Below are positions 8,730 to 18,463 of a DNA stretch of 64,000 nucleotides, one piece after another (the stretch's first letter is position 1; each line of letters starts with the position of its first letter). The notes under the pieces were generated by a model, which was not told where the DNA came from, searched no databases, and saw nothing but the letters and a program-made list of their open reading frames with translations. The position numbers and the translations under genes were made by a program. Source of the stretch: Candidatus Latescibacterota bacterium (GTDB lineage Bacteria > Latescibacterota > UBA2968 > UBA8231); assembly GCA_965203175.1 (NCBI GenBank), contig OZ241867.1, positions 1,472,001 to 1,536,000 of the forward strand, in the 5' to 3' direction.

Positions 8730-10979
8730 TCAATACGCTACCCCGACAACCCCCACCCGTTTCTCCTCTCCGGTCCCCGCATCCAAAGCAACGGAAAAGA
8801 TATAATGGCCTGGAGGGACCGCATTGTCTTCATCGTCGCGCCCGTCCCAAAAACGGGGGAATCGACCGCTCACATCCAAGCCTTCGTAGAGGTTGCGGAT
8901 TAGCCGGCCACTCAAATCGTAGATCCCAAGCCGCACCCGAGTCGGATGGGCGATGTTGGTGATATCGTAGGTAATGGCCGCCCGCTCGTTGACCCCGTCG
9001 CCATTCGGGGTAAAAACGCTGGGGACGGCTGCCACATTCACTAGCAGCTCGTCGGTGATCGGCACGTTGACAAAGAGGTTTTCTGGATCGAGAGTACCCA
9101 CGGCTCTGCGGTCGGGATCATCCATGCCCTCCCGACTCAAATCTGCGGCATTACCGGCCAACACCACTTGACCCAACACCTCGTTGTCGGCGTTGAGCGC
9201 CCGGCTGGCAAAGCGAGTTCCTAGGCGTAGGACCGTATTCTCAAATTCCAAGGTCAAGAGCACCCCATCCTCCTCAATCCGCGGGAAGGCCATGACCAAG
9301 GCGTCGTCGCGCACAGCCACTACGCTAAAGCCATTCTGCTCGACTGGAAGATCCGCGAGGGACAAGCCGGAAAAATCCGCCGTTGCTGCCGTGCCGTCGG
9401 GCTGGCGTATTTCCACTTGGCCAATCGATTCGGTGCGCAGCGGTGTGCTGATTTCAAAGCGGTCAAAGCCCGCATTCTGGGGCTTGGATTTGACCAAGAC
9501 TCCATACGTGAAGCGGGTAGCTTGGCCTAAAATAGCGGTGCGAGGCAAAATCTCGCCGATGAGAGAGTCGGCGAAAACGGGCTGGAAAACATCCCAAGCC
9601 ACCCCGCCGATGCCAGTAGCTGCATCGACATCGGCGTTGAAGAATTCGATCATAACTTGAAAATAGCGCCGCGGACTAGGCGAAACGATCAGCGTCCCCG
9701 CCCCTTGCACCTGCAGTTGGTCTGGGGCCACAATCCCCTCGGGCGAATAGGGGGGAGACCAAGGGCTCCAATTGGTGAGGTCTTCGCGAATTACCGATTT
9801 TTGGCCGCTCGCTAGCTTGTTGTAGCTCGCTTGGTCAAGGGTGATCTGGGCCCGCTGTGCAAAAGGCAACTGGCCAAAACTCAAAAGCGCCTCGCGCCCG
9901 TCTATCTCTTCGTTGTCGAGGACGTTGGCGACCAGATTTTTGAGTTCGCTGTCTTCTACATCTTCGGCCTCCTTCCAAGGCACGTCGATCGGGATGTCGA
10001 AAACGGTATCGCCTCGCTGTTCAACGCGGCCAGAGGATTGGCTGCCGATTCGGGTGAACTCGACCGGCTGGGGATCAACCCCAGAGCGGGTGCGGACCTG
10101 CACCCTAGAGCGAGTTGGATCGCCCACCTGCTCTTCAACCCAGCGCAAGCGGCCCAAAAGCGCTTGGTCGCCAAAGTCGAATACGTTGGAAATGTACACG
10201 GCCTGTGGCACAAAGCCCTCGCTGAACACTTGAAACTCGGCGATCTCAAAGTCCGCGGCCGTCAGAGACTTGAGCCGCAAAAAGCGCACGAAGCGGGTGG
10301 GGATTCGCACGTCCACCACCGCTTCTTGGTTCTGCCCCTCAAAGGCGACAGTTTCCCAGATCAGACTGCCCTCGCGGCGCGATTCGGGCTGGCCGTCATT
10401 GACGAAAATTTCGTAGCCCTTCAAAAAGTCGTCTTGGGACTGGAAATCAGGTGCCGGAAAGGCCGGATCGGCGTTGCGCGGAAAAAATTTGAACCGATTG
10501 ACGCCAAAGATGGCCCCCAAATCGAATTCGATGAGTAGGCCAAAGGCCCCGGTGCCCCCCGTGCCCGAGGATTTCAGCACTAGAGCGGTGTTTCCGTCGT
10601 CGTCGAACATCTGGGGAAAATCGGCTTCGAGAAAGCGGAAGGAGGGAATGGGCGTGAAGACGCTGCCACCGCGCTTCTTAGAGTTGACGCCGATCAATAT
10701 GTTGTCCGTCGTATCGGCCTGCTGCGGAAAGATCCAACGTTCGCGCTCAAAGGGCGCAAAGTCGATGACGCCGCCGGGCGCATTGGACTGATCGACAGTC
10801 GCCGGATCGAGGATTACTAGGGCCGGAATCTCCCCACCACCACTCTCCCAAGACAACCCACCCTCGCCCCCCAGTTGGACAACCTCTATTTGGGCACCAA
10901 CCGGCGACTGGGCGAGGGCTAAAAACAGAATAAGCACCCTAAGCGCGATCCGCCGCCTGTAGTCCTTTCGACCTGCCAT
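8730..10979 (-). CDS. Secreted discoidin-like protein with C-terminal FTPNGDGVN + FlgD-Ig domain
   Basis: Signal peptide from Met at 10979 (ORF open to 11066); FDLGAIFGVNRFKFFPR, VRFLRLKS, EIAEFQVF; C-terminal VFTPNGDGVNE...IYDLSGRLIR...WDGRDDEDNAVPPGHY...VGVAY. Confidence 0.85.
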   Translation of the reverse strand: MAGRKDYRRRIALRVLILFLALAQSPVGAQIEVVQLGGEGGLSWESGGGEIPALVILDPATVDQSNAPGGVIDFAPFERERWIFPQQADTTDNILIGVNSKKRGGSVFTPIPSFRFLEADFPQMFDDDGNTALVLKSSGTGGTGAFGLLIEFDLGAIFGVNRFKFFPRNADPAFPAPDFQSQDDFLKGYEIFVNDGQPESRREGSLIWETVAFEGQNQEAVVDVRIPTRFVRFLRLKSLTAADFEIAEFQVFSEGFVPQAVYISNVFDFGDQALLGRLRWVEEQVGDPTRSRVQVRTRSGVDPQPVEFTRIGSQSSGRVEQRGDTVFDIPIDVPWKEAEDVEDSELKNLVANVLDNEEIDGREALLSFGQLPFAQRAQITLDQASYNKLASGQKSVIREDLTNWSPWSPPYSPEGIVAPDQLQVQGAGTLIVSPSPRRYFQVMIEFFNADVDAATGIGGVAWDVFQPVFADSLIGEILPRTAILGQATRFTYGVLVKSKPQNAGFDRFEISTPLRTESIGQVEIRQPDGTAATADFSGLSLADLPVEQNGFSVVAVRDDALVMAFPRIEEDGVLLTLEFENTVLRLGTRFASRALNADNEVLGQVVLAGNAADLSREGMDDPDRRAVGTLDPENLFVNVPITDELLVNVAAVPSVFTPNGDGVNERAAITYDITNIAHPTRVRLGIYDLSGRLIRNLYEGLDVSGRFPRFWDGRDDEDNAVPPGHYIFSVALDAGTGEEKRVGVVGVAY

Positions 10980-11090
10980 GAATTGTAGCATGGTTGGCAT
11001 ATCTGTCTGATTCGACTGCTCTGGGCTAAGGCAAATAACTGTATGAAATACGAGAGGATACAGCAACCAAAATCCGGCAACGCATAGCAG

Positions 11091-12437
11091 CTACGGTTGG
11101 TTCGCTTCAATCCGGATCTCGCCCGTAAACCCACCGGCGATCAAACGCTCCACTAGGGCCTTAGCTTCGGTGCTCGGCAGGTTTCTATTGGCCCGAATCG
11201 CCAGCCGACCACCTACTCTTTCGAGCGTTGCCAAGCCCGCTACACTCTGCAATTTCTCGTTAAATTGGATGAATAAATGGCCTTCAATAGTCCTGAGTTC
11301 GCGCAGCCCAATCAGATTCGTCAGGGCACTGTTGCCGAAGATGGATAGCACCCCCCTTATTCGGCTTAGGCGGTGTAGCCCTTCCAAACTGAGCAGTGCG
11401 CCATTATCGACGACCAGCAAATCCCCGCCGACGTAGTCTAGGCGGCGCAGACCTGCCAAATTTTGCAGCGCACTATTGTCGATGATCAAGAGGAGCCCCT
11501 CAATGCGGGCCAAGCGGGCCAAGCCCTCGAGATCGGGCAGGACGCTATTGGCCTGAATCAGCAAATCCCCGCCGATGCGCTGGCACCCGGCCAAGCCCGC
11601 CAACGATACCAGCGCATCGTTTTGCTCGACTCTCAGACTGCCCCCGATCTGACTCAGGTTGCCCAAGCCCGCCAAGCGCTCCAGACGGGCGTTGCCGATG
11701 ACCAATACATTCCCAGCGACGCGCTCGAGTTGTTCTAGGCCTGCCAGCTCGACCAAGGCTCTATTTCTCTTGATCCGCAAAAAGTCGCCCACATCCTCCA
11801 GCCGCCGCAGTCCTCCCAACGCTTGCAACGCCCGATTGCGCTCTATGGCCAGCCCGCCCTTTAGGCGCTTGATTCCCTCCAACCCCACCAGACTTTCTAG
11901 CGATCCATTGCCGACGACGAGAACCTGCCCTTCTATCGCCTCCAATCGCTCCAGCCCATCAATGTGGGCGAGACGGCGATTGAATTGAATCCTGAGCGAC
12001 TCGCCCACGCGACTAATCCGACGCAATCCCTTCAGGCCGACCAAGGCATCGTTGCGCTCGACTATTAAGCTACCCCCCAATTCCTCCAGAGACCACAATC
12101 CCTCCAAATCCACGAGTTTGGGATTGCGCCGGATTCGCAGACTGCCCCCAATCCGCTTTAGGTGGTGCAGGCCCTCCAAACTTTGCAACGAATCACAATG
12201 TTCAATGCTCAGATCGCCTCCTATATATTCGAGCTGCTCCAACCCACGCAGCGTTTTCAGTTGGTCGCTCTGCACGAGCAAATGCCCTTCGACAGACCGG
12301 CCCGTCAAAGCGCGTAGGTCGGCTGCCGAATCGATGACAAACCCTTCTGCTGGTTTGTTCGACTCAGCCGCTTGTACCGGGCCAACACTCCAACATAACA
12401 TCCCCATTAGCAGTGCAACCAAGGCTCTATGATCCAT
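11091..12437 (-). CDS. Secreted receptor L-domain / leucine-rich repeat protein
   Basis: Signal peptide MDHRALVALLMGMLCWSVGPVQA, then about 15 tandem 25-aa repeats LxGLxxLxxIGGxLxIxxNxxLxxL. Confidence 0.9.
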   Translation of the reverse strand: MDHRALVALLMGMLCWSVGPVQAAESNKPAEGFVIDSAADLRALTGRSVEGHLLVQSDQLKTLRGLEQLEYIGGDLSIEHCDSLQSLEGLHHLKRIGGSLRIRRNPKLVDLEGLWSLEELGGSLIVERNDALVGLKGLRRISRVGESLRIQFNRRLAHIDGLERLEAIEGQVLVVGNGSLESLVGLEGIKRLKGGLAIERNRALQALGGLRRLEDVGDFLRIKRNRALVELAGLEQLERVAGNVLVIGNARLERLAGLGNLSQIGGSLRVEQNDALVSLAGLAGCQRIGGDLLIQANSVLPDLEGLARLARIEGLLLIIDNSALQNLAGLRRLDYVGGDLLVVDNGALLSLEGLHRLSRIRGVLSIFGNSALTNLIGLRELRTIEGHLFIQFNEKLQSVAGLATLERVGGRLAIRANRNLPSTEAKALVERLIAGGFTGEIRIEANQP

Positions 12438-12486
12438 TGTGGATTCTCGGGCTAAAATTCCCTTGGTCAACGCGAAGGACCCAAAG

Positions 12487-14106
12487 TCAGCGAGTAGGTT
12501 GGACTACCCGTATAATCTGATTGGCGTCAACAGCGGCCAACGTCTGCACTTGGCCGTCGGGCCAGCGAATCGCGATATCCGCCTTCGTCGCCCGGCCGAG
12601 GCCAAAGTGAAGGCGGGGATCGTGACTGGATAGATAGCTCCCCCCGGACTGGCGCTCCCGAACCTGACGCACACCACCAGCGGTAACAGTGACGTGGGTA
12701 CCCAGTGCATCCCGCTGACTAGTACCGACCAAGAGGAGTTCGATCCAGTGCTGGCGATTGCCCCCGTCGTTGCGCAATAGACGAGGCCGCCCGGCCACGG
12801 TGGTCGCCAGCAAATCCAGATCGCCGTCGTTGTCCCAATCGGCTGACGCCGCGCCGCGAACCACGCTCTCAACGACAAAGTCGGCACCCAATTGGTCGGA
12901 GACTTCTTCAAAGTGGGCACCACCTTGGTTGCGCAGCATAAGGTCGGGCTGGGCGTAGAAAAGGTCGCCGTCGAGTTGCTCAATATTATCCACCACGTGC
13001 CCATTGCCGACATACAAATCGAGGTCGCCGTCGTTGTCGTAGTCCATAAATTTGGTCCCGAACCCCAAGGGCAGATAGCTGGGTGCCCCCAAGCCGAAGT
13101 GGGCGGTAAAATCGGCAAAGCGTCCCCGGCCATCGTTCCAGTAGAGGGTGTTGGTCTCGCGCGAGTAATTGGTCACGAAAAGATCGGCGTACCCGTCGTT
13201 GTCGAAATCGCCGAAATCTACTCCCATACCGGCTTCGGCGTGCCCATCTTCGTTGTATTGCACTCCAGCTCTCAGGCCGATCTCGACAAAGCGCGTTCCT
13301 TGGTTTTCATAGAGAAAATTCGGCGTGCCGTCGTTGGCCACGTAAATATCCGTATCGCCGTCCAAATCGCTGTCTGCAAAGGCCACGCCCAGTCCCCGGC
13401 CCACCGCGCGGATACCCAGCCTCTTGGTCACATCGACAAAGCGTCTCCCCTCGTTGCGATAAAGCACATCCCCAATGGGTGCGTAGGTACTCGGCTCGCA
13501 GTAAAAGCGAAGCGCCCCCCGCTGGCATTGGATATTGCCCTGCAAGCTGAAATGCACATAATTGGCCACAAAAAGGTCCAAATCCCCATCGTTGTCGAAA
13601 TCCAAAAATCCGGTGCTGGTGCCCCAGCGCCCGTCGCCCACACCAGCTCTTTGGGTGACGTCCGCAAAGCGCCCCTCACCGTCATTGCTCAACAGCACAT
13701 TGGGACCGAAGTTGGTCGCGTAGAGATCTTGATCCCCATCGTTGTCGAAATCGCCCGCCGCACATCCCATGCCGTAGCCCCGGTCGCCAGCTCCAGACGC
13801 AACAGTGAGATCGGCGAAAGTCCCATCGCCAGCGTTGCGATAGAGATGGTTAATGGGCGGGATCGGGGGAAGGGTCCCCGAGAGATGGGCACCATTGATC
13901 AGGTAGAGGTCCTGCCAGCCGTCCCCATCGGCATCAAAAAACGCCGCGCCTGCGCCAAAGGTCTCAACATAGTAGTATTCGCCTTGAGCGCCGTTGTAGT
14001 GCTGGAAGTCAATCCCGGCTTCTTGGGAGACTTCCCGGTAGCGCACCTGGGCCTCTGCCGCAGCGACAAAAGCGCACAAGATGGACAATACTGCGTATCT
14101 TCTCAT
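12487..14106 (-). CDS. CRTAC1-family protein (FG-GAP-like repeats + ASPIC/UnbV domain)
   Basis: Repeated DxDNDGDxDLxVxN motifs; C-terminal GGSYLSSHDPRLHFGLG...IRWPDG; signal peptide. Confidence 0.93.
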   Translation of the reverse strand: MRRYAVLSILCAFVAAAEAQVRYREVSQEAGIDFQHYNGAQGEYYYVETFGAGAAFFDADGDGWQDLYLINGAHLSGTLPPIPPINHLYRNAGDGTFADLTVASGAGDRGYGMGCAAGDFDNDGDQDLYATNFGPNVLLSNDGEGRFADVTQRAGVGDGRWGTSTGFLDFDNDGDLDLFVANYVHFSLQGNIQCQRGALRFYCEPSTYAPIGDVLYRNEGRRFVDVTKRLGIRAVGRGLGVAFADSDLDGDTDIYVANDGTPNFLYENQGTRFVEIGLRAGVQYNEDGHAEAGMGVDFGDFDNDGYADLFVTNYSRETNTLYWNDGRGRFADFTAHFGLGAPSYLPLGFGTKFMDYDNDGDLDLYVGNGHVVDNIEQLDGDLFYAQPDLMLRNQGGAHFEEVSDQLGADFVVESVVRGAASADWDNDGDLDLLATTVAGRPRLLRNDGGNRQHWIELLLVGTSQRDALGTHVTVTAGGVRQVRERQSGGSYLSSHDPRLHFGLGRATKADIAIRWPDGQVQTLAAVDANQIIRVVQPTR

Positions 14107-14197
14107 ATACTAACTGCTTGGCTACTTTGACCGGCAATCTAACCGCATCGACGAACCGGGACCCCTCGTGCAAATACACCTAAAAAACGGGCGCTCA

Positions 14198-15724
14198 ATG
14201 GCCCGCGTTCACCTACCCTGCAAAAAGGTCTTGGCTTGGCTTGGAGCCGCCTTTTGTCTCCTCATCTGCGCCTGTGGACCCAAGGAACGCGATCCTTTGG
14301 TCCGTGCCGGGATGTACGCCTTTGCTCAGGAGCGCTACAGCGAAGCTATCGTCGCCTTTCACAAGGCATTGGCCTCACGCGCCGACGATTGCGAAGTCCA
14401 CCACTATCTCGCTCGCTCTTACCTAGCACTGGGCAAATTTCCCCAAGCCCTGCGCGCGATCGAACACGCGATTGAACTAGCCCCCCAAAAGGACCAGACG
14501 CGCTCCGAGTTATACGAAGTCCTCGGCATCATCCACACGGCTCGCTACACCTCCAGAGCGTATAGCCAAAACCAGCACCGTGATGTCGAAGCAGCGCGAG
14601 CCGCCTTTGAGCAAGCGACCGCGCTCGATCCCCGCCGAGCAACAGCGTACTACAACTTGGGCTTACTGTACGGCTATCGCAAAGAAGTAGATCAGGCTCA
14701 AGCAGCGTACACGGCGGCCTTGGAGGCAGATTCAACCTTGGCACCGGCCTACAAGAAATTGGGCAAAATCCAGCGGGAAAAGGGGTTCCCACCCGAGGCA
14801 GCTACGGCCTTCAAAAAAGCGGTACGCTTCGACCCGCAGGACGCCGAAGCGCACTTTCTCTTGGGATTGGCCCAGCGCGATATGGGCGATAATGAGGCGG
14901 CTTTGCAGGCGCTACTCAAGGCCACCGAACTCAACCCCGACTCGCCCAAGCTCCGCCTCAACCTTGGCAATGTCTATCTCCGGTTGGGCCGCCGCGAAGA
15001 GGGCAAGCGGGAAATGGCCCGTTCCGAAAGCCTGCGCCAACAGCATCGGGGCTTGCACTCCGAAATCTCCCCGCCGGCGCACAGATCGCTCTCCATCGGC
15101 TCGGCGCGGGATCACTACAATATGGGCTTGAAGCACCAAATGGTCGGCGAAACTGACCAAGCTTTATTAGAGTTTCGTCGCGCGGTCGAAATCAAACCCG
15201 ATCACAAAGACGCCCACATCGGCCTCGGCCTCCTCCTCGCCGAGCAAGGCCGGCAAAGACAGGCAGCCCGGTATTTCCAGCGGGCCATCGAGCTGGATCC
15301 AGAAAATCCCGTTCTGTACGTACATCTAGGCAATGCTCACTATCAGTCGGAATCACTCGCAAGGGCGGCCCAAACCTTCGCCAAGGCGGCCCAACTCGAC
15401 ACTTCCCTCGTCGAGCCTCACTACATGCTTGGTTTGATCGCCGCCCAAGAACGCCGGTTCAAAGTAGCCACGCGACTTTTTGCCCAAGTCACGGCCCTCG
15501 CCCCCCAGTACGCCAAAGCCCACTTCAACCTAGGAGTAGCCCATGCCCAACTCGGAGACTTTGCCGCGGCCCGGACCGCCTACCAACGCTTTGTCGAATT
15601 GGAGCCCGAAGATGGGCGCGGACACCTCTACTTGGGCGATGCCTGCGAAGCGCTCGGCCTGCTCGAAGAGAGTCGCAAGCATCGAGCGCGTGGTCAGCAG
15701 CTTTTGGAACGAGACGAAAACTAA
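14198..15724 (+). CDS. Tetratricopeptide-repeat protein, probable lipoprotein
   Basis: Many TPR units (AYYNLG, AHFLLG, AHFNLG); hydrophobic N-terminus with lipobox-like ICAC. Start uncertain (14168 or 14198). Confidence 0.9.
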   Translation: MARVHLPCKKVLAWLGAAFCLLICACGPKERDPLVRAGMYAFAQERYSEAIVAFHKALASRADDCEVHHYLARSYLALGKFPQALRAIEHAIELAPQKDQTRSELYEVLGIIHTARYTSRAYSQNQHRDVEAARAAFEQATALDPRRATAYYNLGLLYGYRKEVDQAQAAYTAALEADSTLAPAYKKLGKIQREKGFPPEAATAFKKAVRFDPQDAEAHFLLGLAQRDMGDNEAALQALLKATELNPDSPKLRLNLGNVYLRLGRREEGKREMARSESLRQQHRGLHSEISPPAHRSLSIGSARDHYNMGLKHQMVGETDQALLEFRRAVEIKPDHKDAHIGLGLLLAEQGRQRQAARYFQRAIELDPENPVLYVHLGNAHYQSESLARAAQTFAKAAQLDTSLVEPHYMLGLIAAQERRFKVATRLFAQVTALAPQYAKAHFNLGVAHAQLGDFAAARTAYQRFVELEPEDGRGHLYLGDACEALGLLEESRKHRARGQQLLERDEN

Positions 15725-18321
15725 TAGGCCACGGCTAGCGTGCGCACCAATTCCTCCTGACCTAGCTCAGCGCCTGACGTATTGGCATCCAGCCGCAAAT
15801 GCATTGCGTACACCCCCGGCGGCACGAGCGACCCTTTTTCGTTCCTTCCGTCCCATCCCATTTCGTAAATTCCCGAGGCAAAATCTCGCTGCTCGGTTAG
15901 CTGGCGCACCAAGCGTCCCTGCAAATCGTAGATAGTGGCCTCAACCCGCTGACTGCCCTCCACTAAAACCACTGAAAAGCGCAACGTCACCTCGTCGTTG
16001 ACCCCATCCCCATTTGGCGTCAATACCGCTGGCTCGACCACTAAATCCGCAAAAATCGAGCGACTCTGCGGCTGCCCCACTACCAATAGCCGATTGCTGC
16101 CGACCGTCTCCACAGCTTCCCCTGGATCGACGCGCTGCCAGATCCCCTCCCCATCTTCTCCTTGACGCAGTTGCACCTTTAGCGGGCCACCGCGAGAAAA
16201 CAGCCGCCCCGCAAAGTCTATCCGCAACGCCGTCACTTCGCTTCCCGGCTCTAGCGGGGCAAAGGACAAATGCACCCGGTCCGCCGCTGCGGCCAGCACC
16301 TCCGCCTCCAAGGGTGAAAAATCCTCCCCATCCGCACTCCCCAACAACCCGTCATACGTTAGTTCCATGCCCGCTGGTGCTTCCAACAACAACTCGTTGA
16401 ATCCCCCATCCCCTGCGCCGAACTCGGGTCGCACATACACCGAAAAAGGTACCTCAGCCGCCAGCCGATCCACCTGACTGGGCACTACCTCTCCCAAGAG
16501 GCGCCGCGCCACCGGCTCGGCAAAATTCAGCCGCAGCCCTGACAAACTCGCCGCCACATCCGGTGCGGCCGAGCGCAACGTCGCCCGCACCTTGAGAAAC
16601 TCCCGTGGCGACGGCGAAGTAATAGGGCTGCCTCCCGGCTCGTCGTAGGGCACACTCCACGGCTCCCAGTCTGCGCCGGCGACTTCCTCGGACACAGTCT
16701 CACCGCGAAAAATGCTCAATAGTTTGTTGTAGGCCGCTTCGGAGATTTCGGTTCCATCCTTTTTGAAATAGTGCACGATCTCGCCCAAGGTGTCGCCGGT
16801 GCGGGTCTGAAGCAGCACCTCGGTGCCAGGCGGCGCGTGCGCATCCCACTCGAGGGAAACCAAGTTGCGGCTGCCCCCCAACCGGATCAGGTCCGACTCG
16901 AGTTGCACCTCTGGCAAGAACCCCTCGCCAAAAAGTTGTATCTCGCTCATCCTGATAGCGCTCCGGTTGGGAAGGCGCACATGTTCTACTTCAAACACCA
17001 AGCGAAAAAAGCGACCCTTTACCGGATCGAAGTCATTGCCATCGACGGTGAGGGCCCCCGCGACGCTCCGCTTTACTTGCTCGCGCCGCACGGCAGTGAT
17101 CCACTTGAGGCCCCCGTCCACCTCCCGCGAACCGTCCGAAAATTCCAATCGATGGTTCCCAGGGGCGTACTCCGTGAAACTCATCCTGTGGCTATGGATC
17201 CAGAAGAACGAGCCCAAATCAATGAACAACTCGTCCTCTAACCGATTCTCGATGCTGAATAGGTCCAGCCCCTCTACGCTGGTTATATCGCCGTCGATCA
17301 TCAATTGGGGATTGATGCTGCCGGGCACTGTAATAGAAATGGAGCCATTGCGCCGCAAGGCCCCACTGGCCAAATCGTCGCCTTGGGTCCAGACTTCGAG
17401 TTCGGCCAACCGGGGCCGCTCGCGCCGAAAGTAGCGTATCGTTCCCCGCCGCTGAGGATCGAGAGCCTCGTACACTTCCTGTTTGACCACGATCTCCCGC
17501 CCGTCGGCTTGGCGCTTGCTATATTCGATGAGCCCTCTATCCTCGGAGGGTAGCTGATCGTACTCCTCTGGGGATACTTCTCGGCCACGGCCAAAATCGC
17601 TGGCCTGCACAACCACTTGGACAAAGCGTCCCACGGCCCGACGCTGATCGAGCCCTACTGGGTCGAGTTCGACTTCAAAGGTTCGCTGGCTTTTGTTGGG
17701 CTTTAGTGTCTGGAGCACCGGAAAGAACTCGAGGCTCGACCCGCCGATTGCCTGTACTGGCTTCTGTCCGTCCGATACCAGTACATCGAATAAAAGAAAG
17801 GGATCGCCCATTCCCTCCTCGACGAATTTTAGCGCGATCTTGTTGATGAAGACAACGCGGCCCAAATCCACGGTAAACCACCACTGAGACGATAGATCTA
17901 CATTTTCAGCGATCGGATCGGGTTCCCAATACGTGGTCAAGTCGCCATCTAGGGCGGCGACGACTCCTTCGCGGTTGGAACCACCTTGAATGGCGTCGAG
18001 CAGGACGATGTCTTCAGGCTCTTTCTTTTTTTTAGCGATATAATCTGGAGGGTTATAGCGCAGAAAATCGACGATATCTAGGGCGGCGTTGGTGTTTTTG
18101 TGGACGCGATTGGGCCGCACCTCTCCGAGTGGGGAAATCTGGATCGTACCGGGCGCAAATTCCCAGTGATCCCAGTGATCGGGTCCGACGACGACTTGAT
18201 TCGCACTGCGGTCGATCCGATGGCCTGCTTGAGCCAGCAAATCCCCGACCCCATTCGACCAAAGCAAAAGCACGGCGCTGACCACTATAAGGCGCGAGAA
18301 GTGTTTCGTGCGGATATTCAT
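15721..18321 (-). CDS. Secreted protein with two discoidin-like domains and C-terminal LTPNGDGVND + FlgD-Ig domain
   Basis: ALDGDLTTYW...VDLGR and MIDGDITS...IDLGS repeats; VLTPNGDGVNDE...IYDLQGRLVR...WDGRNEKGSLVPPGVY...LAVAY. Confidence 0.88.
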   Translation of the reverse strand: MNIRTKHFSRLIVVSAVLLLWSNGVGDLLAQAGHRIDRSANQVVVGPDHWDHWEFAPGTIQISPLGEVRPNRVHKNTNAALDIVDFLRYNPPDYIAKKKKEPEDIVLLDAIQGGSNREGVVAALDGDLTTYWEPDPIAENVDLSSQWWFTVDLGRVVFINKIALKFVEEGMGDPFLLFDVLVSDGQKPVQAIGGSSLEFFPVLQTLKPNKSQRTFEVELDPVGLDQRRAVGRFVQVVVQASDFGRGREVSPEEYDQLPSEDRGLIEYSKRQADGREIVVKQEVYEALDPQRRGTIRYFRRERPRLAELEVWTQGDDLASGALRRNGSISITVPGSINPQLMIDGDITSVEGLDLFSIENRLEDELFIDLGSFFWIHSHRMSFTEYAPGNHRLEFSDGSREVDGGLKWITAVRREQVKRSVAGALTVDGNDFDPVKGRFFRLVFEVEHVRLPNRSAIRMSEIQLFGEGFLPEVQLESDLIRLGGSRNLVSLEWDAHAPPGTEVLLQTRTGDTLGEIVHYFKKDGTEISEAAYNKLLSIFRGETVSEEVAGADWEPWSVPYDEPGGSPITSPSPREFLKVRATLRSAAPDVAASLSGLRLNFAEPVARRLLGEVVPSQVDRLAAEVPFSVYVRPEFGAGDGGFNELLLEAPAGMELTYDGLLGSADGEDFSPLEAEVLAAAADRVHLSFAPLEPGSEVTALRIDFAGRLFSRGGPLKVQLRQGEDGEGIWQRVDPGEAVETVGSNRLLVVGQPQSRSIFADLVVEPAVLTPNGDGVNDEVTLRFSVVLVEGSQRVEATIYDLQGRLVRQLTEQRDFASGIYEMGWDGRNEKGSLVPPGVYAMHLRLDANTSGAELGQEELVRTLAVAY

Positions 18322-18463
18322 CGGCGGCACCTTTCAAAACCGTGAAAAATCCGAGTTTTAAGGGTACATGCGGAGGAATCTAACGCCCCTTTGGTCGAGA
18401 AACAACATTTGTCTATCCTATGAGGATGTATAGAGGACTTGACAACTTCGAGAAAGGAACGCG

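Noticed and set aside
12892-14130. 412-aa plus-strand ORF
   Set aside because: Antisense shadow of the CRTAC1 gene; no motifs of its own.
1-18321. Flagellar or classical SusC/SusD locus
   Set aside because: FlgD-Ig occurs only as a C-terminal module; no flagellar genes, TonB-dependent receptor motifs or glycoside hydrolases recognised.
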